From: an uncultured Christensenella sp.
Lineage (GTDB): Bacteria; Bacillota; Clostridia; Christensenellales; Pumilibacteraceae
Direction: 5' to 3'
Length of the DNA: 64,000 nucleotides
Assembly (NCBI GenBank): GCA_949948785.1
Contig: CATLGX010000001.1
Coordinates: 15,408-79,407 of the forward strand
Shown here one piece after another: positions 46,866-57,124 of the stretch (its first letter is position 1; every line of letters starts with the position of its first letter). The position numbers and the translations under genes were made by a program. A model generated the notes under the pieces. That model ran no database searches, was not told the DNA's origin, and saw only the letters and a list, made by a program, of their open reading frames with translations.

Positions 46866-47927
46866 TTATTGCTTTACGAAAGACAGACCCGTAAGCGTGT
46901 ATTCGTACTGTATCGAGACTTTACCGCCCGTATAAAGCGCGTACGTCATTTTGAGCGGAACTTTTTTGTGGCGCAGTCCGCCGTTTTCTATCGGGCGTTC
47001 GCAGTAGTAAACGACTTGGTCGGGACCGCGTTCGTCGACTGCCATTACGATACCCACGCGGTAGCACGGCACGGTATAGGGCTGTTCTCCGTCCGCTTCG
47101 CCGCCGTCGTTTTCCGCCGCGACGGAGAGAGATTTGTTTTTATCCTGCTCGTTCTTCTCTTCTTCTTTTTCGGCGTCCTCTTGTTCTTTGGTTATGACGT
47201 ACGGACTAATCCACTCATCGAACGGCAACTGCGTCAGCTTGCTTTCGGCGGACGCCGCCATAGTCAGCTGTTCGACTTCGCCGCGTTCGAAACTGTCGAA
47301 AAGGTTGGTCATATAGAACGTGGTGGAAGCGCCCTTTTTTATGTTCGTGGTGCGGGCGAGGTAATACATGCTTTCGTTATCCCAATACTTGCCTTCGTCG
47401 AGTTTGAGTTTTTTCGTATTGCCGTGCATCGTGCGCGTTGCCGTGCCCCTGCCGTAATCCGCCGAAATATCGTACGAATTGTTTTTCACGCCTTCGCGTT
47501 CGGCGAGAGACACGTGTTTTTCCACGGTTAAAGTTTCGAGGCTGTTGGTAAGAAGCGTAGACGTGCTCGTAATCGCGTCCGTTTTGCCGCGGTCTTTTTC
47601 GGGCGCGGCGTCGTTGTATGTTACGCTCAGCGCCATATCGAGCGTCGCACCGTCGGTGGGCGTGCCTTCCTGTTTGCCGTATTCGAGCGTAAACGAAAGC
47701 GTGCCGTCGGCTATTTTTATGCGCTTGTCGTCCGACGTCCCCGCTTTCGCGTCGTATACCGCGACGGCGTAATCGAGTTTTTCGTACGCTTGTTCGTTCT
47801 TGACCGTCTGCCACGGGCGCGGATTTTGAAACGCCGAAACCGTGGGTTCCGACGAGCACGCGACGAGCGCTGTCGCCGCCGCGACGGCGGTTATCGCCGC
47901 AGTTAACTTTTTAACGCTTGATTTCAT
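46866..47927 (-). CDS. Hypothetical lipoprotein
   Basis: ALVAC lipobox; acidic linker near the C-terminus. Confidence 0.72.
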   Translation of the reverse strand: MKSSVKKLTAAITAVAAATALVACSSEPTVSAFQNPRPWQTVKNEQAYEKLDYAVAVYDAKAGTSDDKRIKIADGTLSFTLEYGKQEGTPTDGATLDMALSVTYNDAAPEKDRGKTDAITSTSTLLTNSLETLTVEKHVSLAEREGVKNNSYDISADYGRGTATRTMHGNTKKLKLDEGKYWDNESMYYLARTTNIKKGASTTFYMTNLFDSFERGEVEQLTMAASAESKLTQLPFDEWISPYVITKEQEDAEKEEEKNEQDKNKSLSVAAENDGGEADGEQPYTVPCYRVGIVMAVDERGPDQVVYYCERPIENGGLRHKKVPLKMTYALYTGGKVSIQYEYTLTGLSFVKQ

Positions 47928-47933
47928 ATTCGT

Positions 47934-48030
47934 ATTTTAGCACATCTTCGAGGTATTTGCAAATGTTTGGCTCGGCTTTACGGCGGATTGACCGCTTACG
48001 CTTGATTTTGCGGCGACGGCGCGGTATAAT
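47934..48030. promoter_or_regulatory. Divergent sigma70 promoters, both apparently leaderless
   Basis: Minus: TTGCAA(47962-57)-17-TAAAAT(47939-34)-6 nt-ATG. Plus: TTGATT(48002-07)-17-TATAAT(48025-30)-6 nt-ATG. Confidence 0.65.
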
Positions 48031-48036
48031 CTATAC

Positions 48037-50796
48037 ATGAGGTATTTGACTTACAAGAGCTTTCCCGACGCGCTCGACGCTTTGTCCGCCGCGCTTAAAC
48101 GGAGAAAGTTCGCCGAAGACGAATATCACGTCGTGTTGACGCCCGACCGCTACACGCTCGCCGTGGAGACGGCTTTGTTTTCGGGCGGAGGCGCGATAGA
48201 CTGCGAAGTGCTCACTTTGTCGAGGTTGACATCTCGCGTCGTCGGCGCGGGAAGACAGCTTTCGCGCGAGGCGGGGGTAATGCTGACGTCCCGCGCGATT
48301 GCGGCGTGCGATTTGGAATACTATGCCCGCGCGGCGCGATACGGCGATTTTGCGCGCGAGGCGTTCGAGACGCTGTTGCAGTTCGAGTCGTCCGGCGCGA
48401 GCGTCGACGGGCTTGACGCAAGCGGTACGACGGCGCAAAAACTTAAAGACCTTTCGAAAATAAAAGCGGAGTACGAAAAGCTCAAAGGCGAAGCGTCCGA
48501 TTCTCCCGACAGGCTTAAAGATTTAATCGCCGCGGCAGTAAAGAGCGAGCTTGTACGAAACTCGCATTTTTACGCGATAGGCTATAAGGATGCGACCAAG
48601 CTGAACCGCGACGTTTTCGAAGCGATTGCGTCCCGCGCACGCTCGTTCGATTTTTACGATGCGGAACCGCCCGAGCCGAGGAAAACGCTCACGCTGTACT
48701 CGTCGCCGGACGCGGTAAACGAATACAAGGCGATAGCGACCGACATAAAGAATTACATATACTCGGGAGGAGGAAAAGCGCGTTACGGCGACGTTTCGGT
48801 AATCTGTCCCGAGCCGCGCGCGCTTATGCGCATACTTAACGAGTACGGAATTCCGTTCTATTCCGATGTTCAAACCGCGCTGTTCGACACGCCGCCGGTC
48901 GCCGCGCTTTATCTTTTGCATCTCATGAAAAAGCAGGGCAGGGTCGAAGCCAAAACGCTCGTCGGTTTTGCCAAGAACAGATATTCGGGCTGTGCCGCGG
49001 AAGATGCCGAGCGGCTTGAAATGTGTCTTACGGATGCGGGCATCGAATATGACGCGCACAATTTCGATGCGCAAGACTGCGGTGCGAAGCGCGCGCTCGA
49101 TAAGGTCAGGCGCGCTTTCGAGCTGTTCTCGTCTCATGAAAATTTCAAGGCCGCGTGCGAAGCCGTCATGGAAGAGTGCGCGTTCGGAGATGTTTTTCAA
49201 GCCGATTGCGACGGCGAAACGGACTTGATTAAGCCGCTTGTGCGTTTGCTCGAACTTGTGGACGTTTACGGTGCGGGCGGATTCGACGGCGACGCGGACG
49301 CCTTTTTCGCGTCGGCGCGGGCGGCAAGTATTAAATCGTTGCCGCGTAAAAAAGACAGGGTCGGCGTGTGCATGCCGCAGTCTTTACGGCTGACGCGCTG
49401 TAAAAAACTGTATATCGCCGACTTTAACGAGGGCGTGCTTCCGACGACAACCGTCGAGGGCGGGTTGCTGTCCGATGCGGAGCTTATCGCTACGGGCAAC
49501 GTGGTACAGCCTACGGCGCGCGACATCAACCGACGCGACAGGCAGGAACTTGCCGCCGTCGTGTCCAATGCCGAAGAGGTGTTCGCCGCATATTCGACGG
49601 CGGGCGGCGCGCGTGCCGCCGCGTTTATTTCCGAGCTTACCGAAAGCACGGACGGCATTATCGAGCGCAGTTACGTCGGCGACGCGGCGCTTTTGAAAGT
49701 GAGCGACGACGCGAGGTTTATAGCCAAGTTCGCATGCACCGAGGGCGCGGCGCGCGAAATCGCGGCGCGGCGGCTCAGCGCGCATTACGGCGCGATAGAA
49801 AAGGCGGTAGGCCCGTGCGAAACACGCGCGAAACCGTTTGCTCCGTACGCACGAGTCAAACGCGCCGCATTGTCCGTAAGCGAGCTTACGCATTGGTTTT
49901 ATTGTCCGTATAAGCGGTTTTTGAGCGATTCGGTCGGGCTTAAAGAGCGGAGAGACAAGCGCGTCGCCGCAGATTTCGGGCTTGTAATGCACGAGTTTAT
50001 GCGGCGTTGGATAAAGATTCTTCCGCTCGACGCGGGAAAAGACGCGGTGGAAAAAATCGTTTCCGAAGTATTGAACGATGCGGGTTATCTTACGGGTGCG
50101 GCGGCAAAACAGGAACGCGAAAAGTTAGTGCGCGACGCGTGCGATTACGCCGCGCTGAACAAGCGTGTAATCGAGTCGGGCGATTATGTGCCGACGCTCG
50201 CCGAAAAACCGTTCGGAGGCGAGGTCGCGCTCGGCAGCGGCGGCGAAGTTAAATTCGTCGGCGTTATAGACCGTGTGGACGTGTGCGGCGGCGAAGCGCG
50301 CATAATCGATTATAAAACGGGAAACAAAAAGTTCGAGCTGAAAAAATGTCTCGACGGAAGGGATATGCAGCTTCCGCTGTATGCGGCGGCGGTTAAGGAC
50401 AAGCGTGTAACGGGTATGTTCTATCTGCCCGTCGGACCGATATACGACGCCGACGACAGCGCGCTGCGCGGCGGAATGATACGCGACGAGAACGTAGCGT
50501 TGGCATTTGACCGCGGCATGGCGGACGGCGGACGTTCGCGCGTTATTCCGGCAAGGCTGAAAGCGGGCGGCGGTTTTTACCGACCGTCGGCGTCGGTCAT
50601 GCCGCAAGAGCAGTTCGACGCGCTGATTGCGGACTGTGTGAAAACGGCGTCGGTCGCCGCAGACGAGATAAACTCGGGCTATATAGAAAGAACGCCCGCG
50701 GACGGAGCTTGCGATGCGTGCGAGTACAGAGCGCTGTGTTCCGACAAAAAACCTCGCGGTAACGAGGACGAAAAAGACGGGGAGGACGGACGATGA
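48037..50796 (+). CDS. addB: ATP-dependent helicase/nuclease subunit B (AddB/RexB)
   Basis: LSVSEL...CPY, GVIDRVD...IIDYKTG...QLPLY nuclease, C..CEYRALC Fe-S cysteines; coupled to addA. Confidence 0.85.
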   Translation: MRYLTYKSFPDALDALSAALKRRKFAEDEYHVVLTPDRYTLAVETALFSGGGAIDCEVLTLSRLTSRVVGAGRQLSREAGVMLTSRAIAACDLEYYARAARYGDFAREAFETLLQFESSGASVDGLDASGTTAQKLKDLSKIKAEYEKLKGEASDSPDRLKDLIAAAVKSELVRNSHFYAIGYKDATKLNRDVFEAIASRARSFDFYDAEPPEPRKTLTLYSSPDAVNEYKAIATDIKNYIYSGGGKARYGDVSVICPEPRALMRILNEYGIPFYSDVQTALFDTPPVAALYLLHLMKKQGRVEAKTLVGFAKNRYSGCAAEDAERLEMCLTDAGIEYDAHNFDAQDCGAKRALDKVRRAFELFSSHENFKAACEAVMEECAFGDVFQADCDGETDLIKPLVRLLELVDVYGAGGFDGDADAFFASARAASIKSLPRKKDRVGVCMPQSLRLTRCKKLYIADFNEGVLPTTTVEGGLLSDAELIATGNVVQPTARDINRRDRQELAAVVSNAEEVFAAYSTAGGARAAAFISELTESTDGIIERSYVGDAALLKVSDDARFIAKFACTEGAAREIAARRLSAHYGAIEKAVGPCETRAKPFAPYARVKRAALSVSELTHWFYCPYKRFLSDSVGLKERRDKRVAADFGLVMHEFMRRWIKILPLDAGKDAVEKIVSEVLNDAGYLTGAAAKQEREKLVRDACDYAALNKRVIESGDYVPTLAEKPFGGEVALGSGGEVKFVGVIDRVDVCGGEARIIDYKTGNKKFELKKCLDGRDMQLPLYAAAVKDKRVTGMFYLPVGPIYDADDSALRGGMIRDENVALAFDRGMADGGRSRVIPARLKAGGGFYRPSASVMPQEQFDALIADCVKTASVAADEINSGYIERTPADGACDACEYRALCSDKKPRGNEDEKDGEDGR

Positions 50797-53700
50797 AAAC
50801 ACGCTTTTCCCCGGAACAGCTCGCCGCGATAGAGACCGAGGGCAACGTCATAGTTTCGGCAGGCGCGGGAAGCGGCAAAACGACCGTAATGGTCGAACGC
50901 GCCGTGCGTAAGCTCGTCGCCGGACATGCGCTCGACAAAATGTTAATCGTAACGTTTACGCGCGCCTCGGCGGCTGATATTCGAGTCAAGCTCGCCGAAC
51001 GTCTTACCCGTCTGAAAAGAGAGGGTGGTTCTGCCGAACGCGCCGTCGCCGAACGCGCGCTCGAAGCTCTGCCCGTGTGCAATATAGGAACGCTCCACGG
51101 CTTCTGTCAAAAACTGATACGCTCGTATTATTATGCGGCGGGGGTAGACCCTGCGGCGGCGCTTGCCGACGAGGGCGAAGCGGCGGCGCTCCGAACGGAG
51201 TGTATACGCCGTGCCGTGCGCGCCGCGCGGGATAGCGGGGACGAAGTCGCGCGCGCCGTACTCGACGCGTTGTCGGGACGGAGAGACGACGAAGGGTCCG
51301 TCGCCGCGATAAAGAACGTGCTCGATTTCGCGCAGTCTCTTTCCGACACGCGCGGATATCTTTCGGTTACCGCGGACGACCGTTCCGCGTATTCCGCGCT
51401 CGATGCGATAATAGAGGAACGACGCTCGGCGCTCTTAGCCGAGGCAAGACTGCTGAACGCGGATATCGCCGCTGTCGGGTTCGAGACGATAAGAAAGGCG
51501 GCGGGCGAGTTAATCGGTTACATCGAACACGGCTTCGAAGTGAGCGGTACCGTTTACCGCGGTAAAGACGCGCATTTTCTCGCGCTCAACGAGCGATTCA
51601 AAACGCTCAAAAAAGAGTGTCGGGCGTTCCGCGACGATTTGTCGGACGTCGAAACCGCAAAGACCGTCGAAAGCGCGCCGTATGCGCGCGCGCTGTGCGA
51701 TATAGCGCTTAAAGCTCTCGACGATTACGAAGCGAGAAAGGCGGCGCGCGGAAAAATAGATTACTCCGACCTCGAACACGGCGCTCTGAACGTGCTCAAA
51801 GACGAAAACTGCATGCGCGAGCTTGCGCAAAGCGTCGATTTCGTGTTTATAGACGAATACCAGGACGTCAATCCGTTGCAGGCGGAAATAGCGTCGCTGT
51901 TAAAGAACGGCGCGGGCGCCGAGATGTTTCTCGTGGGCGACGTCAAACAGTCCATTTATGCGTTCAGACGTTGCAATCCCAAATTTTTCAAGTCCGCGCT
52001 TTCCGATTCCGACTACACTCCCGTCATGCTCAATCGCAATTACCGTTCGGCGGAAGAGATAATAGATTTCGTCAATACGGTGTTCGACGGAGTAATGACG
52101 GATGGTTTCGGCGGAGCGGATTATTGTGCCGACAGATTGGTGTGCGGCAATAGCTTTCACGGCAAAGCGGAGTTTTTGAGCGTGAAAGAAGAACAGCGCA
52201 ATATCTCGTCCGAAAGCTCGGACGGGCAGACGCATAAAGCGCCGAAATCCGAAATCGAAGCCGCCGCCGCAGACTGCGCGTCGTCGACGGTGTATTCGGT
52301 CGTAGGCGCGGAAAAAGGCGTAGAAAAAAGCAGTGCCGAGGCTCGGTTAATCGTCGACCTCATACTCGATTATGCGGAAGAAGGTCATTCTTTCGGTTCA
52401 GTCGCCGTTCTGGTGCGTTCGGCGCGCACATCTTTTTGCGAAGAGCTTGTGCGGCTCATGCGCGCCGACGGAATTCCTTGCAACCTCGGCAGAAAATCGG
52501 GCGTAAAAGACTATCCGGAAGCGGAACTTTTGCTTCGTATCGCGCGGTGCGTGGATAACCGTTTCGACGACATTGCGCTGTATGCCGCTTTGCGCTCTCC
52601 CATGGGCGGGTTCGACGACGAAGAATTGCTGGAAATAGCGGCGGAAGGCGAATCGAGAGCCAAGGTGGCGGGAGTAAAACCGGAGTCGGGTTTCGGGTCG
52701 GGCAGAAAGTCGTATTACTTTTGGCAAAAGACGGCGGCGTACGTCGGCGAGTATTCGGCGCGGCTTGATAAGTTTTTTGCGCGGCGCGAAAAACTTGCCG
52801 AATTTGCGCGCAAACACGACGCGGCGGACACGCTCGGCAAAATAACAAGCGAAATCGAGTTTTTCCAGTACGTGTTCGAAACAGGCGGCAACCCCTCCGC
52901 AGTCGAGGCGGTCATTGCGCTCGCGGCATCGAAAAAGTGCGCGCTGTCGGCGTTTTTGACGGACGCAGACGGCGCCGAACTTAACGTAGGCGACGGCGGC
53001 GACGCGGTAACCGTAACGACGGTGCATGCGTCCAAAGGTTTGGAATACGATTTCGTAATAGTGGCGGATACGGATAAACGGTTCAATATGCGCGACGCGT
53101 TCGACAAATGTATGGCGGCGGACGGCGGCGTTGCGGTCAAGTTCCCCGACGAAAAAACGCGCGCGTTAAAGCCGAGCGCGCGCTGGCTGCTCGAAAAATA
53201 CGCCGTGCCCGACAGACTGCGCGCCGAGGAACTTCGACTGTTTTACGTCGCTCTCACGCGCGCGAAAAAACGCCTTGCGGTGTTGGGAAATCCCGACGGA
53301 ACAAGCCGCGTTCCCGAGCGTGCGACTTGCGAGTGCGATTTTATGAAAAACGTCTTGCCGACGCCCGTCGCGCCCGCGGTGCGGAAAAAGTGCGTGCCGC
53401 CCGCCGACAAGCCGCTCGATTCGGCGGTAGTCGAAGCTGTGCGCGCGCGCATATCGGACGGTCGAAAATACGCGTTGTCCGACGCTCCCGTAAAAACCTG
53501 CGTTACGGCAATCGCGCAAAACTCGGACGAGGATTATACCGCAAACGCTCCCGTTCTCACTTACGACGATTATGCGGCGGACGGCGGCGACGGCGCTCGG
53601 TTTACTGCGGACGCCGCCGCTCGGCGCGGCACGGCGTATCACCGCGCGATGGAGCTTATAGACTTTGACAATCCTGATACGGAGGCTGTAAAAACGACAA

Positions 53701-54056
53701 TGCCCGATGCGGAGCTTGTGAATTTCGGCGAAATCGCCGCCGCTGTGCGGCAAATGAAAAAGCTGACGGCGGGCGCAAAGGCATATTTTAAAGAGCGTTA
53801 TTTTATAGCCGACCTTGACGAACGGGACGGCACGCTTGTTCAGGGAGTAATCGACCTTTTGATAATAAACGCCGACGGCAGCGCTACGATAGTCGATTAT
53901 AAGACCACAGCGCCCGAGCGGTTAAAGAACGAAAATTATCTGAAACAGCTTTCGCTGTATGCGGCGGCGGTGGAAAAGTCGTCGCCTCTCAAAGTATCCG
54001 CGACTTATCTGTATTCGTTTGCGCTCGAAAAGTTTATAAAATGCGAAAGAGCTTAG
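50793..54056 (+). CDS. addA: ATP-dependent helicase/nuclease subunit A (AddA/RexA)
   Basis: SAGAGSGKT, IDEYQD, VGDVKQSIYAFR, TVHASKGLE, YVALTRA, QGVIDL...DYKT...QL.LY. Confidence 0.9.
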   Translation: MKTRFSPEQLAAIETEGNVIVSAGAGSGKTTVMVERAVRKLVAGHALDKMLIVTFTRASAADIRVKLAERLTRLKREGGSAERAVAERALEALPVCNIGTLHGFCQKLIRSYYYAAGVDPAAALADEGEAAALRTECIRRAVRAARDSGDEVARAVLDALSGRRDDEGSVAAIKNVLDFAQSLSDTRGYLSVTADDRSAYSALDAIIEERRSALLAEARLLNADIAAVGFETIRKAAGELIGYIEHGFEVSGTVYRGKDAHFLALNERFKTLKKECRAFRDDLSDVETAKTVESAPYARALCDIALKALDDYEARKAARGKIDYSDLEHGALNVLKDENCMRELAQSVDFVFIDEYQDVNPLQAEIASLLKNGAGAEMFLVGDVKQSIYAFRRCNPKFFKSALSDSDYTPVMLNRNYRSAEEIIDFVNTVFDGVMTDGFGGADYCADRLVCGNSFHGKAEFLSVKEEQRNISSESSDGQTHKAPKSEIEAAAADCASSTVYSVVGAEKGVEKSSAEARLIVDLILDYAEEGHSFGSVAVLVRSARTSFCEELVRLMRADGIPCNLGRKSGVKDYPEAELLLRIARCVDNRFDDIALYAALRSPMGGFDDEELLEIAAEGESRAKVAGVKPESGFGSGRKSYYFWQKTAAYVGEYSARLDKFFARREKLAEFARKHDAADTLGKITSEIEFFQYVFETGGNPSAVEAVIALAASKKCALSAFLTDADGAELNVGDGGDAVTVTTVHASKGLEYDFVIVADTDKRFNMRDAFDKCMAADGGVAVKFPDEKTRALKPSARWLLEKYAVPDRLRAEELRLFYVALTRAKKRLAVLGNPDGTSRVPERATCECDFMKNVLPTPVAPAVRKKCVPPADKPLDSAVVEAVRARISDGRKYALSDAPVKTCVTAIAQNSDEDYTANAPVLTYDDYAADGGDGARFTADAAARRGTAYHRAMELIDFDNPDTEAVKTTMPDAELVNFGEIAAAVRQMKKLTAGAKAYFKERYFIADLDERDGTLVQGVIDLLIINADGSATIVDYKTTAPERLKNENYLKQLSLYAAAVEKSSPLKVSATYLYSFALEKFIKCERA

Positions 54057-54225
54057 TTGCGTCGGTTTCGGTCGGGATAGGACAAATCGCGTCGAATTTT
54101 GAACCGATTTATAAAAAAAAGTATAAAAAACGCGCAATTACTTTTAAAAAATCATAGATTTTTTTTAAAACGTATGATATAATGTATCTGTCTACTTATA
54201 CTTTATATAAGAGGAAAGGAGAAGT

Positions 54226-55461
54226 ATGCTTACAGGTATTTCTGAATTATTCGGAGTTCTTATTCCGATAGGTCCCGATATTTGGCTGGCGATTCTGCTG
54301 GGCATAGTCGGCTTGACATTTTTCGTTACGCTTATCGTCGGACTTTTGTCGGGCGAATTCAAGCAAGTCAAATCGCTTATGAAGCAGGCTGTCGCCAAAC
54401 CCGCGATTGCGCTCGGCATTATGAAACAAATGCCCGTCGCAATCAAAAAGCAGTATAAGTACGCGCGCATGACAAACGCCGAGCCGTCGATGTTCGTTTC
54501 CGAACAGCTCTGCGTGGATATGCCGTATAAGCGTTCGCTGCTTTCCAAAGTATGGCTTGCGACGTTTGTCGCGACGGTCGTCTGCGCGTTCTTCGGCATG
54601 TTTATCGCGCCGATTGCGCCGAGCGATGCGACCGCGGAAAGCATTGCGGCGGTCAATCTCGTGCCTTTGACGGTGTTTTTGGCAGGCGGACTGCTCACGC
54701 TCATAGGCGGCGTCATCGGAAGATGCGTATACGGCGGCGCGCGCAAGATATATGCGGCGTTCGTTCCCGCTATGGACGGGGAGAAAACGGTTTCGGACTT
54801 GGGCGCTCAGCCCCAGACCGAGGCGACCTCTTTCGACCGCACGTCCGAGCCGAATCCCGTATCGGCGCAGTACATGGACGCGGAGCAAGCGCCCGAAGCG
54901 GTGTATGCCGATGCGGAAGCGACCGCATTTGCCGAGAGCGCGGCACAGCCTTTCGAACCGCAAGTCGAACGTGAAGAGCCGATAGTTCAGCCCGTTTACG
55001 AAAACGAACAGCCTCAGCAGGATTTTTACGCCGAACCGACGGCGGAACCCGTTGTCGAACCGATTATAGCCGAAGAACCGCGCGAGAGCGAGGCGGAAAT
55101 CCGCCGTCGCGCCAGAGAAGAGGCTTTGGCGCAAGCCCGCGCCGCACAGGAGGCACAGGCGGCGCAAATGGCGGCGGCACAGGCACAGGCGGCGCAAGCT
55201 GCGGCAGCGCAGGCACAAGCCGCGGCACAGGCTCGCGCATCCCAAGCGCAAGCGCAGGCTTCGTCTTCCGCCGACGATATTATCGCGCGTATAGAAAAGA
55301 TTGACAGGGAAGGCGCTCCGCGCGAAACCATGCGCGAGGTCGCCACGCTGTTGCAAAAGGAACGCGCCAAGCCCGAAAACAAAACGCCGGAACAGCAGAA
55401 AAAACTCAACGAGGCGTTGAGCAAACTGTTAAAGGCAATGTCCTCGGCAAACCGAAAATAA
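54226..55461 (+). CDS. Hypothetical membrane protein with acidic Pro/Glu linker and Ala/Gln repeats
   Basis: Three TM helices; AAQAQAA low-complexity repeats; AAGGAG RBS. Confidence 0.7.
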   Translation: MLTGISELFGVLIPIGPDIWLAILLGIVGLTFFVTLIVGLLSGEFKQVKSLMKQAVAKPAIALGIMKQMPVAIKKQYKYARMTNAEPSMFVSEQLCVDMPYKRSLLSKVWLATFVATVVCAFFGMFIAPIAPSDATAESIAAVNLVPLTVFLAGGLLTLIGGVIGRCVYGGARKIYAAFVPAMDGEKTVSDLGAQPQTEATSFDRTSEPNPVSAQYMDAEQAPEAVYADAEATAFAESAAQPFEPQVEREEPIVQPVYENEQPQQDFYAEPTAEPVVEPIIAEEPRESEAEIRRRAREEALAQARAAQEAQAAQMAAAQAQAAQAAAAQAQAAAQARASQAQAQASSSADDIIARIEKIDREGAPRETMREVATLLQKERAKPENKTPEQQKKLNEALSKLLKAMSSANRK

Positions 55462-55467
55462 TATCGA

Positions 55468-55498
55468 GAAAAACAGTTCGCTTGTCGGGCTGTTTTTT
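55468..55498 (+). terminator. Probable intrinsic terminator
   Basis: AAAAACAG(T/C)..CTGTTTTTT stem-loop after the stop. Confidence 0.5.
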
Positions 55499-55704
55499 AA
55501 TTTCGAGTAACGGCGAACGGCAGAGCGCCGATGTTCGGGTTTGAGCACGGCGCCTTTGGAATGACATAGCGTACGTTTACCGACGCCGTTGATTTTTTGT
55601 CTGCGCGTGCAAGTCATGCGGAAGACTCTGCGGCATAGATTAAGAAATCACGAATATATTTGCGCTCGGTTGACTTTTCTATCTCGGCGATATACAATAT
55701 AAAC

Positions 55705-56388
55705 ATGAAGTTATTGGAGTGTGATAAATACGCGGTGGCGCGTACAGTCATAGAAGATGCGGTAAAGTTCGAGGACGGTAAAATGGATTTATCTGACGAG
55801 CGCGGCGCGTCGGGTTGCGTGCGCGGCTGGCATAAATGCGTTTTCCGAGATACCGACGATTTCGTAAAATATATAAATGCGCGCGGTATAAAAGAGAAAG
55901 TGTGCCTGCTCGGCGCGCCTCTCGATACGCCGCAACGTCTCGGCGCAAAAGCCGACGCTTGCAAGACGTACGCGTACATGAAAAATCTTCCGCCGCCGCT
56001 CGGTTCGCTTTCGGTAAAACGGCTGGCGCACACGCTTGCCGGCGTAGTCGCGGACAGTTACGATACGCGCGGCGAAAAAATGCCCGTTCCCGAAATGGAA
56101 AAGACAATGCGGGATAAAGGCGTTTTCGGAGCGCTCGTCGACAGTAAGCTCGCTGGATTTATAGGCAGACATACTGACGGAAGCATGGGCATGCTTACGG
56201 TGTTCGACGATTACCGCCGCCGCGGCATAGGCGCGGGGCTTGAAGCGTTTATGATAAATTACGTCATGACTTTCGGGCGCGTACCGTTTTGCGACGTATA
56301 TATCGACAATGCGCCGTCGCTCGGTCTGCAAGAAAAACTCGGCATGACCGCATCCGAGGGTTATACGTTTTGGATAGATAAACTGTAA
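55705..56388 (+). CDS. GNAT family N-acetyltransferase
   Basis: GSMGMLTVFDDYRRRGIG and N.PS..LQEKLG. Confidence 0.82.
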   Translation: MKLLECDKYAVARTVIEDAVKFEDGKMDLSDERGASGCVRGWHKCVFRDTDDFVKYINARGIKEKVCLLGAPLDTPQRLGAKADACKTYAYMKNLPPPLGSLSVKRLAHTLAGVVADSYDTRGEKMPVPEMEKTMRDKGVFGALVDSKLAGFIGRHTDGSMGMLTVFDDYRRRGIGAGLEAFMINYVMTFGRVPFCDVYIDNAPSLGLQEKLGMTASEGYTFWIDKL

Positions 56389-56412
56389 ATATGCACCGCT
56401 TTTCGCGGCGCT

Positions 56413-56616
56413 TTAAGCATCCGTCAGTCCCAATAGATAATCTGCCGAACAGCCGAAATATTCGGCAAGATTGCGAATATAAGTCGCTTTCGGCTCATTG
56501 ACTTCCTGTTCCCAAAAAATAACAGCGCGCTTGTCCACGCCTATCGCGTCGGCGAGCCTTTTTTGGCTTATTCCTTTTTCGAGCCGAAGCTCTTTTATCC
56601 GTTGTCCTATGAGCAT
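56413..56616 (-). CDS. XRE-family helix-turn-helix regulator
   Basis: RIKELRLEKGISQKRLA...WEQ..NEP...LAEYFGCSADYLLG. Confidence 0.9.
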   Translation of the reverse strand: MLIGQRIKELRLEKGISQKRLADAIGVDKRAVIFWEQEVNEPKATYIRNLAEYFGCSADYLLGLTDA

Positions 56617-56622
56617 AACAAA

Positions 56623-56679
56623 ATTATATGAGAAAACTCACCTGAAATACTTGACAAGTGAAGAATTCTCACCTATAAT
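56623..56679. promoter_or_regulatory. Divergent promoters with two operator-like inverted repeats
   Basis: Plus: TTGACA(56651-56)-17-TATAAT(56674-79). Minus: TATAAT(56628-23). Imperfect palindromes TGAGAAAACTCA (56629-40) and GTGAAGAATTCTCAC (56658-72). Confidence 0.6.
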
Positions 56680-56725
56680 ATTTACAAGGTCGCGCAACCC
56701 GAGTCTAAAAAGGAGAAAAACGGTA

Positions 56726-57097
56726 ATGAAGAATAAGTCTATTCCGGGCGCGGTGGTCGGAATTATCGGCGCCGTGTTTGCACTGATTGCGGGAATTGCG
56801 CTTGCTATGTGCGCCGAAGTTGTCGACGGAGTTTCGGAAGCTGCGAGCGAAGCCACCAATTATGCGTGGGCGTGCTATGTATTCGGTATCGGCGGCGCGG
56901 CTTGCGGGCTCGTGGGCGCGATACTCGATTTTAAAAACAATATAATCGGCGCAATTGTAATGATTGTCGGTATCGGCATGCTTGTCGCGGTCATTATTAT
57001 AGTAACATACAGCATATTGCTGATAGTCGCTATGGTCCTTCTCGGCATCGGCGCGCTGTTGTCGTTCCTTGTCAAAAAGCCTGTAAACGCAACGTAG
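56726..57097 (+). CDS. Small multi-pass membrane protein
   Basis: AGGAG RBS; four hydrophobic segments. Confidence 0.7.
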   Translation: MKNKSIPGAVVGIIGAVFALIAGIALAMCAEVVDGVSEAASEATNYAWACYVFGIGGAACGLVGAILDFKNNIIGAIVMIVGIGMLVAVIIIVTYSILLIVAMVLLGIGALLSFLVKKPVNAT

Positions 57098-57124
57098 CGG
57101 TTGACGGCGACGGTGTAAACAAAG

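Noticed and set aside
55120-55260. GCACAGGCGGCG-type tandem repeats
   Set aside because: Imperfect in-frame Ala/Gln low-complexity coding sequence, not a separate element.
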